Positions 42,897 to 52,871 of a DNA stretch of 64,000 nucleotides are shown piece after piece; positions within the stretch are counted from its first letter, which is position 1, and each line of letters starts with the position of its first letter. The notes under the pieces were generated by a model, which had not been told where the DNA came from, searched no databases, and saw only the letters and a program-made list of their open reading frames with translations. The stretch comes from Candidatus Woesearchaeota archaeon. GTDB taxonomy: Archaea > Nanobdellota > Nanobdellia > Woesearchaeales > GW2011-AR9. The position numbers and the translations under genes are program-made. Location of the stretch: positions 160,001 to 224,000 of the forward strand of contig JABHQW010000003.1 in the NCBI GenBank assembly GCA_018696595.1, in the 5' to 3' direction.

Positions 42897-43277
42897 ATGC
42901 CACATCAATGTGTAAGGTGTAATAAATTATACCAAGACGGAGCTCAAGAAATTCTTAAAGGATGTAGTTGTGGCGCTAGACTGTTCTTTTACATTAAGAA
43001 AAAGCATATTGAAGATGGTAAAACTTTAGTGAGTAACTTTTCTAAAGAAGATAAAGACCAAATTGAAAAAGATGTTACTGAGATTTTGCATATCAAGAAA
43101 GAAGACAAGAATAAGCCAGTAGTTTTAGATTTGGAAAGTATTCGTATTGCTGGTCCTGGAAAGTATGAATTGGATTTAGTCCATATGTTCAAAAAAGATC
43201 CGATGGTAGTTAAGTTAGAAGAAGGAAAGTATGTTATTGATCTTGCTCAAATGTTTAAAGAAGGCAATAAAGAGTGA
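42897..43277 (+). CDS. oapC: DUF2072 zinc-ribbon protein (OapC homologue)
   Basis: MPHQCVRC...ILKGCSCGARLF...ESIRIAGPGKYELDL. Confidence 0.85.
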   Translation: MPHQCVRCNKLYQDGAQEILKGCSCGARLFFYIKKKHIEDGKTLVSNFSKEDKDQIEKDVTEILHIKKEDKNKPVVLDLESIRIAGPGKYELDLVHMFKKDPMVVKLEEGKYVIDLAQMFKEGNKE

Positions 43278-43298
43278 TTGTTAAGTAAGTTTTAAAAT

Positions 43299-44003
43299 AT
43301 GGCAAATAAAAAGCTAGTAGATTATATTAAAAAAGAGGAAGCAAGAGGTTATTCTATTCAACAATTAAGAAAAACTTTACTTGAAAGCAAATATAAAAAG
43401 GAAGAAGTTGAAGAAGCATTTAAATTTTTAAATAAAGATGAAGAACAAAAAAGCTTTCCTTTTTTAGCTTTTACAACATTATTGTTAGGATTTGGAGTAG
43501 TTTCTTTATTGTTAACATTTCTTTTTATTTTAATGATTTCTCTCTTAAGTGTCCATATAACAATTGGTTATTTTCTAATCATTTTATTTGGATTAATTAC
43601 TGGATACTATTTTTATCATGTTACTAATTCATTAAGAATTAAAGATAAGTTAAAAGCGATTATCGGAATAGTTTCTCCTATTTTCTCTTTAGTTCCTATT
43701 ATATTGTTATTTAGATCAATCAGGTTATTACAAGAAGAGCTGAGTTCTTTTGCCGCACAAGGAAAAGACTTAATGTTGGGAGGCGGAGTGCATCAAATTT
43801 TTAGTCAAAGTATTCCCCACCCGTACATTTCAGCAGCAATTTTTTATATTTGTTGTAATGTATTTATAATTACAAAAATCGTTAAAGATAAGAAACAAAA
43901 ACATTTAATGTGGTATCTTTTAGCACCCACTTTACTTTTTCTAATTTGGTTAATTACAGAAGTTGTCACAAAAACAATTATGGCAAACACATTAGGATTA
44001 TAA
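43299..44003 (+). CDS. Membrane protein
   Basis: Short helical N-domain followed by about 5 TM segments. Confidence 0.65.
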   Translation: MANKKLVDYIKKEEARGYSIQQLRKTLLESKYKKEEVEEAFKFLNKDEEQKSFPFLAFTTLLLGFGVVSLLLTFLFILMISLLSVHITIGYFLIILFGLITGYYFYHVTNSLRIKDKLKAIIGIVSPIFSLVPIILLFRSIRLLQEELSSFAAQGKDLMLGGGVHQIFSQSIPHPYISAAIFYICCNVFIITKIVKDKKQKHLMWYLLAPTLLFLIWLITEVVTKTIMANTLGL

Positions 44004-44051
44004 CTTTCCTTTAACATAAGTTTTAAATATTATACACTTTCTGAGAATTTT

Positions 44052-44762
44052 ATGATATTAATTAATGATCTAGCAAAAGAAGATCATCATATGCATACCT
44101 GTACTTTCTCTGATGGAGACAATACTGCTGAAGAGATGATTAGAGTAGCTGGAGAAATTGGTTTAGAAAGGATTGCAATTACAGACCATAGTAAAATGAT
44201 TATAGATTCTTACTGGACAAATTTAAAAAGGGATCTTAGTCCAAAACTCAATAGAGACAAATTTAAAGAAAGATGGCAAGGCCAACAAGATAACGGAGTT
44301 AATGTTATTATTGGATTAGAAGCAGACTTAGTTAATGAAAATGGAGATGTTTGTGATTATAATTGGGATCCGTGTTTTAAAGAAGATTGGTTAATCTTAT
44401 CTGCCCATTTATATGGCTATGATGGTGATGGATCAAAAGTCATGCAAGGATATCTTAAAGCAATACAAAGATTTGGTGAAAGAATTAAAGTGATTGGCCA
44501 CCCTTATTGTTCAAGAGATTTTTCTCCCTATACTGACATGAAAGAATTAGCAAAAGCTGCTAATGACTATGGTATTGCTGGAGAGATAAATGGAAAATGT
44601 TTTTCTAATCCAGAAAGACTTCTTGATTTTAAACAATTGGAGTTAATGTTAGAACACTTCGATAGAATTGTAATTAATAGTGATGCCCATAACACAAGAG
44701 AATTGGAGAATGGAAGACTAAAACCATTTCAGTATCTTAAAGAGAAGGGATTAGTTTTATAA
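44052..44762 (+). CDS. PHP-domain phosphoesterase
   Basis: DHHMHT...SDG, ITDH, GLEAD, IGHP, NSDAH. Confidence 0.9.
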   Translation: MILINDLAKEDHHMHTCTFSDGDNTAEEMIRVAGEIGLERIAITDHSKMIIDSYWTNLKRDLSPKLNRDKFKERWQGQQDNGVNVIIGLEADLVNENGDVCDYNWDPCFKEDWLILSAHLYGYDGDGSKVMQGYLKAIQRFGERIKVIGHPYCSRDFSPYTDMKELAKAANDYGIAGEINGKCFSNPERLLDFKQLELMLEHFDRIVINSDAHNTRELENGRLKPFQYLKEKGLVL

Positions 44763-45269
44763 CTTACCTTTAACGGCTTTATCACTTATTATTGCGCTAT
44801 GGCCAGTAGGATCTTCAATGATAAGTTTTAATTTCTCTCTGCCAACAAGAACTTTGCCCAACTTCTTAACTTGGTTTTTAGCTTTTTTTCTTAAAGAAGC
44901 ATCGTCTTCGCCTTCAACAGAAGCTTCAATGATTTTTTTTACTCTCTCAATTAAACCTTCGACATTAGTTATATATCCGCTAGAAGCAGGACCTGGTTCC
45001 ATAGTAATAACATGTGGGATTTTTACAGTTGCGTCCCCGGACTTAACAACTTTAACATTTAAATCATCATCTGAATTGATTTCAAAAGTATATTTGCAAG
45101 GTTCTTTCTTTTCTGCAGGCTCAATGTCTGACTTTCTATAACCACAATCAGAACATTCCACTGAAAGAATAAATATCCTTCCGAAGTGCGGTATTTCTGC
45201 TTCTTCTTCTCTAAGAGTAGCTTTATTTCCACCACAAATTGAACAATGTTGATTTTTTAACTCAGCCAT
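44757..45269 (-). CDS. ZPR1 zinc-finger protein
   Basis: CSICGG...IPHFG...CSDCGY; ITNVEGL; DPTGHS. Confidence 0.92.
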   Translation of the reverse strand: MAELKNQHCSICGGNKATLREEEAEIPHFGRIFILSVECSDCGYRKSDIEPAEKKEPCKYTFEINSDDDLNVKVVKSGDATVKIPHVITMEPGPASSGYITNVEGLIERVKKIIEASVEGEDDASLRKKAKNQVKKLGKVLVGREKLKLIIEDPTGHSAIISDKAVKGKL

Positions 45270-45386
45270 GTTAATTAGAAAGAGAGATAGGTTTAAAAAG
45301 ATTTCGCCGCGGAGGAATATTAATCTAAAAAAATTGTTTTTTCCATCACAATATTCTTTATATATCCCCCCATATTACAAAGAGCA

Positions 45387-47198
45387 ATGTCAAAGATTAA
45401 CTTATTAAGTGAAGATTTAATCAACAAGATAGCTGCTGGAGAAGTGATTGAAAGGCCAGCTTCTGTTGTTAAAGAACTAGTTGAGAACTCATTAGATGCT
45501 GGCGCGGATATAATTACAGTTGAGATTAAGGATTCTGGAAAGAAACTAATTAAGATTTCTGATAACGGATCTGGAATGAGTGAAGAAGATGCAAAAAAAT
45601 GCATTTTAAGACATGCAACAAGTAAAATAAGTAAAGCAGATGATTTGTTTTCTATTCAGACTCTAGGGTTTCGTGGAGAAGCTTTGGCAAGTATTGCCGC
45701 AGTTTCAAGGTTGTCAATTATAACAAAACAAAAAGATTTAGTTGAAGGATTTAACCTTGTTGTCGAAGGTGGCAAAGAAATCAGTTCAGGGATTATTGGC
45801 ACAAATACAGGAACAACGATCGAAGTGCATGATTTATTCTTCAATGTTCCAGCAAGAAAAAAGTTTCTCAAAACTGATGCTGTAGAATTAAGACATATTG
45901 TTGATACTGTTTTAAAATATGCTTTAATCAATCCTACCGTAAGTTTCAAGTTAGTTCATGAAAAGCATGAATTAGTTAGTTCCCCTGCAGTTAAGGATTT
46001 ACAAGGAAAGATTGCTTCAATTTATGGAATAAATCTAGCAAAAGAACTTTTAGAAGTTAGTTCTGATCAAGAGGCCGTTAAAGTAACAGGATTCATTTGT
46101 AAACCTTATCAGGCAAGGAACGACAAAAACCAACAACAAATTTTTGTTAATAATCGTTGGATTAGAAATGAAACAATCAATAAAGCAGTTTATGAAGCGT
46201 ATCATTCACTTTTATTTGTTGGTAAACATCCAGTTTTTATTTTAAACATTGAAATTAATCCGGAAGAGATTGATGTTAATGTTCACCCAGCAAAAACTGA
46301 GATTAAAATTGAACAGAAAGAACAAGTTTTTTCTGCCGTAATGGAAGCAGTTAGAAAAACTTTGGAAAACCATGACTTAATTCCAGAATTAGATATTGAT
46401 CATGAAGAGCAATTAACTTTTGGAATTGATAAAAAAGAAGTTGAAGTTAAAAAAGAAAAAGCCAAATATTTGTTTGAACCAAGTAAACAAACAATATTAA
46501 AAGATAAAGAAGAAAGTCCCATAATTAGTGTAGATAACTTTGAAGAAGGCTCTTATACAACTCCTGAAGAAGAGGTTTTTGTTTCTGAACAAAAAGAAAA
46601 GAGAGTGTTAGAAAAGAGTTTAAGATTACCAGCAATGAAAATTCTAGGGCAAATACATAAAACATTTTTTATTGCCGAAACTGAAGGTGGTGCTTTATTT
46701 ATTGATCAACATGTTGTTCAAGAAAGAGTTCTTTATGAAAAGTTCATGAAACAATTAATGAACAAAGAAGTTGCTGTGCAAGAATTGTTGCAAGGGGAAG
46801 TTATTGAGTTCTCTGCTGCAGAAAAAGTTTATGTTAACGAAAGTTTGGTAAAAATGAAAGAGTTGGGATTTACGTTAGAAGAGTTTGGAGGAAATAGTTT
46901 TGTTTTAAAAACCGTACCATCATTATTTGGCAGATTGCAAGCAAAAGATTTATTATTCTCTGTTTTAGATAAATTAAAAGAAGGTAAAAACAAGTTAGAA
47001 GAAATTCAAGAAGAAATTATTACTCGAATGGCTTGCCGTGCTTCTGTAAAAGCAGGAGATACAATGACCATTAGAGAAATTGAGAAATTGTTATCTGAAC
47101 TGGCTGAATGTCAGTTGCCTTACACTTGTCCTCATGGCCGTGCTGTGTTGATTAAAGTTCCTGTTAGTGAGTTGGAGAAAAAATTTAAAAGAAAATGA
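45387..47198 (+). CDS. mutL: DNA mismatch repair protein MutL
   Basis: IAAGEVIERPASVVKELVENSLDA, GFRGEAL, DVNVHPAK, DQHVVQERVLYE, ACR, CPHGR. Confidence 0.96.
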   Translation: MSKINLLSEDLINKIAAGEVIERPASVVKELVENSLDAGADIITVEIKDSGKKLIKISDNGSGMSEEDAKKCILRHATSKISKADDLFSIQTLGFRGEALASIAAVSRLSIITKQKDLVEGFNLVVEGGKEISSGIIGTNTGTTIEVHDLFFNVPARKKFLKTDAVELRHIVDTVLKYALINPTVSFKLVHEKHELVSSPAVKDLQGKIASIYGINLAKELLEVSSDQEAVKVTGFICKPYQARNDKNQQQIFVNNRWIRNETINKAVYEAYHSLLFVGKHPVFILNIEINPEEIDVNVHPAKTEIKIEQKEQVFSAVMEAVRKTLENHDLIPELDIDHEEQLTFGIDKKEVEVKKEKAKYLFEPSKQTILKDKEESPIISVDNFEEGSYTTPEEEVFVSEQKEKRVLEKSLRLPAMKILGQIHKTFFIAETEGGALFIDQHVVQERVLYEKFMKQLMNKEVAVQELLQGEVIEFSAAEKVYVNESLVKMKELGFTLEEFGGNSFVLKTVPSLFGRLQAKDLLFSVLDKLKEGKNKLEEIQEEIITRMACRASVKAGDTMTIREIEKLLSELAECQLPYTCPHGRAVLIKVPVSELEKKFKRK

Positions 47199-47506
47199 AA
47201 TGTTCACAATGCGGTGTTTGTTGTAAATTATTTGTAATAAACCTTAATGAAGAAGAGTATCGTTCTGGTAAATTTAAAACTGTCTTTGAAAAGTTTGGTA
47301 ATTTTGATTGGAGAGAAGCAGAATTAATTGGCGCCCATTTACTTGCTCAGAAGGAAGATGGCCAAACTTGTATATATCTTCAAGAAGGAAAATGTTCTAT
47401 CCATGAAGTTCGTCCGCAAGTATGTAGAGATTTCTTTTGTGATTCTAAAGAAGAATGGCACCAAGAGATGATTGAAAGAATAAAAAATTATAAAAAAGAG
47501 AATTAA
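47195..47506 (+). CDS. YkgJ-family (CxxxxCC) cysteine-cluster protein
   Basis: CSQCGVCC...C...CSIHEVRPQVCRDF. Confidence 0.85.
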   Translation: MKCSQCGVCCKLFVINLNEEEYRSGKFKTVFEKFGNFDWREAELIGAHLLAQKEDGQTCIYLQEGKCSIHEVRPQVCRDFFCDSKEEWHQEMIERIKNYKKEN

Positions 47507-48645
47507 CCTCTTCGTTCTACTTTCTGCATCCAATCTTTAGTGTCTTCTACTTCTCCGGTTTGAATTCCTGTTAGTAATGCATACATCTCCGTACTTACTG
47601 ATCCCACTTGACCATCTCCTACAACCATTTCTCTGACTCTAGTTCTTTTTCGTTCGCCAAGATCCATAATAAAGCTACCAACAGGAGCAACAGTTGCTGC
47701 TGTTCCTAATCCACCAGTTTCGGTTATTTCTCCAAGAGCGATGTCAGTAACAAAATCTAAAGCTGAAACTTGTTCTTGTAATACAGGATGTCCTAAACGA
47801 TCACCCAACTCTAAAAATGAACGGCTAGTAATAGATTCTAAAATAGTGTCAGTAAACTGGGGAATAATGATTTCCCCATCCCTAGTCACCATATAAACAT
47901 TCATTGCTCCAGTTTCTTCAATAAATCTATCTGTTGCATCCATATAAAGCACTTGTTTAGCTCCAAATTCTTTTGCTCTTTCAGCTGCTTTTAAGGAAGC
48001 GGCATAATTACCCCCAGTCTTAGCAGTCCCTACACTTTTAGGAGCAACACGTTTATGTTTATCAGTTAACATTAATTTAATAGGACTAAAGCCATCAGGG
48101 AAATAAGCACCACTAGGAGAAAGAAATGTACAGAAAACATAATCTGAACTTGGTTTTACTCCCAAAAAACCACCAGTACCAAACATAAATGGTCTGATAT
48201 AAATAGAAGCATTATCTTGTTGTGGCATCCATAATCGTTCTACATCAAGCAAAGCATTAATTCCTTCTAACTGAACTTCTTCCGGAATTTCTGCCATACA
48301 CATCTCTCTTGCTGAATGATTGAGACGATTAACGTTCTCATCTAACCTAAATGTATAAAGTTCCCCATCAGGATGTTGAAAAGCTTTTACTCCTTCAAAG
48401 ATAGTTTGAGAATAATGTAATGTTGCCATGTTAGGCATTACATTTACTCTATTTACATGATTAGCGGTATCAACCACTTCAAATGGACCGTAAGGAACAA
48501 TTCTTGGCGAATGCCATTCTCCATTAGAATGATCCATTAAAAACATATGGTCGGAAACTAATCCTCCAAACCCTAATGGTTCTTTTTGTTCAAATTGTTG
48601 TTGAAGTCGCTCAGATTTAGGTAGAAGATCGTATTGGATATCCAT
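47503..48645 (-). CDS. ilvE: Branched-chain amino acid aminotransferase
   Basis: LHYSQTIFEGVKA, LYIRP-like IYIRPF, KTGGNYAAS, EETGAMN, ILESIT. Confidence 0.92.
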   Translation of the reverse strand: MDIQYDLLPKSERLQQQFEQKEPLGFGGLVSDHMFLMDHSNGEWHSPRIVPYGPFEVVDTANHVNRVNVMPNMATLHYSQTIFEGVKAFQHPDGELYTFRLDENVNRLNHSAREMCMAEIPEEVQLEGINALLDVERLWMPQQDNASIYIRPFMFGTGGFLGVKPSSDYVFCTFLSPSGAYFPDGFSPIKLMLTDKHKRVAPKSVGTAKTGGNYAASLKAAERAKEFGAKQVLYMDATDRFIEETGAMNVYMVTRDGEIIIPQFTDTILESITSRSFLELGDRLGHPVLQEQVSALDFVTDIALGEITETGGLGTAATVAPVGSFIMDLGERKRTRVREMVVGDGQVGSVSTEMYALLTGIQTGEVEDTKDWMQKVERRG

Positions 48646-48795
48646 TTTGGTTGGAAGTAATGGAACAATCTATTTAAACATTATTAATCAATATTCAATA
48701 GTGTTTATGAGGAAATAAAGAATTGTTTATTGATTATCAAAATTTCTGTCATTTTATGAGAAAAGTTTATATATACTTACTCCTTAGTGGTAAAT

Positions 48796-50544
48796 ATGTC
48801 TCTTGAAGAAGATGAAAATCAATATACTGAAGAAGATTATGGGGGACCCCACTATAGAACTGGAGGCATGGCATATTATGGAGAAGGAGACTTAGAAGAC
48901 AGATTAGGTTTCTTAGTAGCCAAACATGATAAAGATGGTGATGGTTGGGAACTTAGTACATCATGGGCATTATACTCAAAAGATGGTAATAATCGTAGAT
49001 TTGGTGGTTCACATGATAATATTTCAGGAATAAGAACATTTCCAAATGGATTACAATTTCTAAATACTGATAACAAGATACAGCGTAGTTATTTCTCAAT
49101 AGAAGGTATTGAATTTAGTGTTGGTTATCACGGACCCCAATCACATGATAACATAGTGGCTAATTTTGCAAATTGGCAAGAATATTTTAGTTATGATAGA
49201 ATAAATCCAAAAACTTTACAATCAGTTAAAAATTGGTTAATGGATGATAATAATCCAATAGATCAAATAAAAATAGAATTAGTTGCCGAAATTTCGGAAA
49301 AATGTTTATTAGATAAAAGTGAAGCACTCTTTGGGATTAATCCAAGTGAATTTTTAGATATATTCTCTGAAGGTTTAAGAAACCCATTTTATCAGAACTT
49401 ATTTTCCCAAGTCATAGATTATTACTTTGAGCTGGGAGAGACTCAACTTAACCCTCATGAACTTAATGAAGCAATTGTTAAGAATACTGCTCAATGGTAT
49501 TCCGAAGCAAGGCCATATGAAGAGGATCTTCGTAAAAAAGCTGATTCTTTGGCAGAAGGAGCAAATGCAAAGGATTGCTTAGATGCAATATTAAAACAGG
49601 GCCGATTTTCCAGTGTTAAAGAGTTAGGAGAATGTGCAAGTATTCAATTACCACATCATTACGTCATCAAGAAACATGCTTCTGGAGGATGGAGCCAAGT
49701 ATATCTAATTATAGATAAAGGAGAAACAGATGAAGATTTCATTAAAGTACTCAAAGTTCCAAAAAATAATATTGACATGAATAAAGATCCCAACGTTAAG
49801 AAAATAATTGAAAAAAATTCTAGTATAGAAAACACCCTTAAAGCAATTGCGGAGGAGGAAAAGAGAATTAATAGCAAAACATCCAACACATCTAATGATA
49901 ACTTTCCAAATTTTGAATATCGTCCATTGCCACAGTTCCACGAAAGTTACGTAGGGAATAACGGAATCCCATTATTAATTTACGAATTTATTCGTGGGGA
50001 AACCCTAGAAGATCATTTTGAAGAAGAAAGGCCACTTGAAGAAAAGTTAGATGTTTTAACTAGAACCGCATATTCATTAAACTATATTCACCAGAAAGGA
50101 TTTACTCATAATGATATTAAAAAAGATAATTTCATGAGAAGTGAAGTTAATGATAGAGTTTACTTATTAGACTTAGGACTTTCCAGAGTTACTGAATCAG
50201 ATTCAAGTATTCGTGGAAAAAGAGCTTATGCCGCTCCAGAAAGAATAACGGGACAATCTAACCCCTCTGAAGAAGCAGATCAATATAGTTTTGGAGTGAT
50301 GGCTTATGAAATTCTTACAGGAGAATTACCCATTGACTTTGGAGAAACTGAAGAAGAAAAAGCAGAGATGGTTATAAAAGTAAGAGATGGCGAAGTTCTT
50401 CCAGATTACGAATTGCTTAGAGAAAGAGTACCTTCACAACTTGCAGAAATAATTGAAATTTGTTTATCTTACGACCCAAAAGACAGATACGGATCTATGC
50501 AAGAGGTTGAAGATCAATTATGGGCATTGCAGAATCCTGATTAG
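48796..50544 (+). CDS. Hanks-type Ser/Thr protein kinase with an unknown N-terminal region
   Basis: GGWSQVY, VLK, HNDIKKDN, DLG, YAAPE, DQYSFG. Confidence 0.88.
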   Translation: MSLEEDENQYTEEDYGGPHYRTGGMAYYGEGDLEDRLGFLVAKHDKDGDGWELSTSWALYSKDGNNRRFGGSHDNISGIRTFPNGLQFLNTDNKIQRSYFSIEGIEFSVGYHGPQSHDNIVANFANWQEYFSYDRINPKTLQSVKNWLMDDNNPIDQIKIELVAEISEKCLLDKSEALFGINPSEFLDIFSEGLRNPFYQNLFSQVIDYYFELGETQLNPHELNEAIVKNTAQWYSEARPYEEDLRKKADSLAEGANAKDCLDAILKQGRFSSVKELGECASIQLPHHYVIKKHASGGWSQVYLIIDKGETDEDFIKVLKVPKNNIDMNKDPNVKKIIEKNSSIENTLKAIAEEEKRINSKTSNTSNDNFPNFEYRPLPQFHESYVGNNGIPLLIYEFIRGETLEDHFEEERPLEEKLDVLTRTAYSLNYIHQKGFTHNDIKKDNFMRSEVNDRVYLLDLGLSRVTESDSSIRGKRAYAAPERITGQSNPSEEADQYSFGVMAYEILTGELPIDFGETEEEKAEMVIKVRDGEVLPDYELLRERVPSQLAEIIEICLSYDPKDRYGSMQEVEDQLWALQNPD

Positions 50545-50570
50545 TTCTCATCTCATTTAGAAACTATATT

Positions 50571-51482
50571 TTAATAATTTAATCCATAAAATGGCCCGGA
50601 GATATCCCAAAGTTTTCTCATAATATTAACTAAATGAGAAACAATAATATGTTCATCAGGACTTAACTTCTTTCTAAGATCATAATAAGTATGGAAAAGT
50701 AATTGGTCTTTGATTTTAGAAATCTCTTCAATCTTCTTGTTATTTTTTTCATAAAAAGCTTGATAAAACAACAACAATGCTTTATTTACTTCCTCAAAAA
50801 ATTGTAAAGTGGCTTTTGATACTTTTTGAACAGAATGTTTAGAACAAAATTGATAAATATACCTATATTGATTAGAAATCTTTTCTAAGTTCCAAACAAC
50901 CAAATATTCAAAAATCATTGACTCCTGATTATTTCGATGCTTATTTAGAATTCTTTTACAAAAGTCAGTGTACTTGGTAATTACTTTAGCTTTATGGTGA
51001 ATCTCTTCTAATTGGCTAAATTCTTTGTTTTTAAGACTATAAAATATTTCTTCACTAAGTTCCAATAAAAGAATAAAAGAATTTTTAAGAATATCATCAA
51101 ACTCTGATTCTAGTTGCATAGCAATATTTCTAACTTCACATTCTTTTTTTCTTCTAGAAACAACTTCAATTCCCAGAAGCCAATCAACAACACTTTGTAT
51201 TTCCCTCAAAGCAGACTCGTCTTCATAATGGAAAATTATTTTATCGTAACCTTTTTTGTAAATATTACCAATTATTGCCCTTATGTTTGAATCAGTACTT
51301 TTCTTAATCTCAACTTTAGTTTCTCCAACATGAACAGAGTTCCCGCCCCAAAGTTCGAGAATATTTCCTTTCTCATTTAAAGTTACTTCATCGCCTTTCT
51401 TGACGTTATATTTCTTAGTCCACTTAGCTGGTAAACTCACCATTAATGTTGCAGGGCCAACTTGACATACTTTTCTTTTCAT
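50571..51482 (-). CDS. AbrB-type N-domain + PhoU-like regulator
   Basis: RKVCQVGPATLMVSLPAKW...VKKGDEV (AbrB/MazE-like), then helical PhoU-like repeats. Confidence 0.8.
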   Translation of the reverse strand: MKRKVCQVGPATLMVSLPAKWTKKYNVKKGDEVTLNEKGNILELWGGNSVHVGETKVEIKKSTDSNIRAIIGNIYKKGYDKIIFHYEDESALREIQSVVDWLLGIEVVSRRKKECEVRNIAMQLESEFDDILKNSFILLLELSEEIFYSLKNKEFSQLEEIHHKAKVITKYTDFCKRILNKHRNNQESMIFEYLVVWNLEKISNQYRYIYQFCSKHSVQKVSKATLQFFEEVNKALLLFYQAFYEKNNKKIEEISKIKDQLLFHTYYDLRKKLSPDEHIIVSHLVNIMRKLWDISGPFYGLNY

Positions 51483-51594
51483 ATTAAGATAGAAAAGGAG
51501 CAGATATTTAAATATTTCGTTTTATTTAAATATAATTATGCATTATTATAATATAAGGATAATGTTTAAATGTTTAGCCAAATGATAGAATTCT

Positions 51595-51975
51595 ATGAAA
51601 AGCAAAACATATTCCCGTTTCGGGAAATTATTGGAAGATTGTAAACCCTCATTGGGTCAATTGGGAGAAGCATTAATGAATTACGCTGTTAGTAGTGGAA
51701 AACAATTCTTAGTAGAAAGAGAACAAAGAGAAAGCATAAAAGAAAATATTGGAGAAGAATATTTTCAATTAACTGGAAAAGAAACAAATGATCTCTTAAA
51801 AAATTATATCTCAAGTTCAGTAAACCAAGGATGGCAACTTTACCAAGAGCATGGTGAGAAGAGAGCTGAGTTATTTACGATTGATCGGTTAAAGAAAGCC
51901 AAGGATGATTTTACATTAGAAGCTAAAGTTGTTAGTGCAATTGATGCAAAAGTAGAATATTTAGAAAATAAATGA
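51595..51975 (+). CDS. Hypothetical protein
   Basis: 126-aa ORF divergent from the regulator. Confidence 0.6.
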   Translation: MKSKTYSRFGKLLEDCKPSLGQLGEALMNYAVSSGKQFLVEREQRESIKENIGEEYFQLTGKETNDLLKNYISSSVNQGWQLYQEHGEKRAELFTIDRLKKAKDDFTLEAKVVSAIDAKVEYLENK

Positions 51976-51990
51976 TGAGGCAAATAAAAA

Positions 51991-52203
51991 ATGGTGAAAT
52001 ATGAAAAAAACACTTACGAATGGAGTGGTCCAACAGATGGAGTATTAGGAACATCAACATATCGAACTGATGTGTGGGATGATTCTGGATATAAAGTAGC
52101 AGAAGGAATAGGTTCTTCAAGAGAAGAAGCAGAAGACAATGCCAGAGATAATATTATTGAAGAAGGAGTAAACATGGGAGAATTCTATAAAACCATGGAT
52201 TAA
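51991..52203 (+). CDS. Small acidic protein (HicB/dsRBD-like beta-beta-alpha motif)
   Basis: GAGG SD; AEGIGSSREEAEDNAR. Confidence 0.5.
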   Translation: MVKYEKNTYEWSGPTDGVLGTSTYRTDVWDDSGYKVAEGIGSSREEAEDNARDNIIEEGVNMGEFYKTMD

Positions 52204-52235
52204 GAATAACTATTAATTACGGAGGAAAAATAAAA

Positions 52236-52676
52236 ATGGAAATGAGACCCCTTGAACATAAAATCGCCCTCCTAATTGATGGCCCAAATATGTACCCAAT
52301 AGAGTTTAAAGAAATCAAAGAAATAGCAGAAAGATATGGAACAATTGTATTGACAGAAGTTTATCTTAACAAGCATGCTTCGAGAGGGTTAATTGAGGCA
52401 GCAATAAACGGAGGATATCGTCCAGTAATAGAAGCAATTGATGATATTGATACTTCTCTTTGTACTAGAGCCACAGAAATAATCTGTTCTCCACGTTATG
52501 AACAAGTAGATTTAATAGCAATTGCTAGTTGCGATGGAGATTATGTGCCTCTAACGCACAAAACAAAAGAATATGGCAAGAAATGTTTAGCTATTATGAG
52601 TGATACCAATGGCAGATCTATTGCTTTAAAAAATTCTGTGGATTATCTTGAAATCATTAACCCGAGAACAGAATAA
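52236..52676 (+). CDS. NYN-domain (PIN-like) ribonuclease
   Basis: LLIDGPN, DDID, ASCDGDYVPL, S..L..SVD; GGAGG SD. Confidence 0.85.
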   Translation: MEMRPLEHKIALLIDGPNMYPIEFKEIKEIAERYGTIVLTEVYLNKHASRGLIEAAINGGYRPVIEAIDDIDTSLCTRATEIICSPRYEQVDLIAIASCDGDYVPLTHKTKEYGKKCLAIMSDTNGRSIALKNSVDYLEIINPRTE

Positions 52677-52710
52677 AAAAATAAAAAATAAAAGATTTGG
52701 AGGAAAGAAA

Positions 52711-52863
52711 ATGGAACCATTAGAAAAAATGATAGAAGGTTATAGAAGATTAGAAACAGAAATAGAAACAGATATTGGCTATCAAAAATTAGAAGTTAAT
52801 TATGGGAACAAAGATTTAAAGTTAACCCATGAACAATGTCCAAGCCAATGTTCAAATAAGTAA
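52711..52863 (+). CDS. 50-aa putative RiPP precursor peptide
   Basis: GGAGG SD at 52699; MEPLEKMIEGYRRLETEIETDIGYQKLEVNYGNKDLKLTHEQCPSQCSNK; stop lies 8 nt before the radical SAM start. Confidence 0.7.
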   Translation: MEPLEKMIEGYRRLETEIETDIGYQKLEVNYGNKDLKLTHEQCPSQCSNK

Positions 52864-52871
52864 TAACAAAA

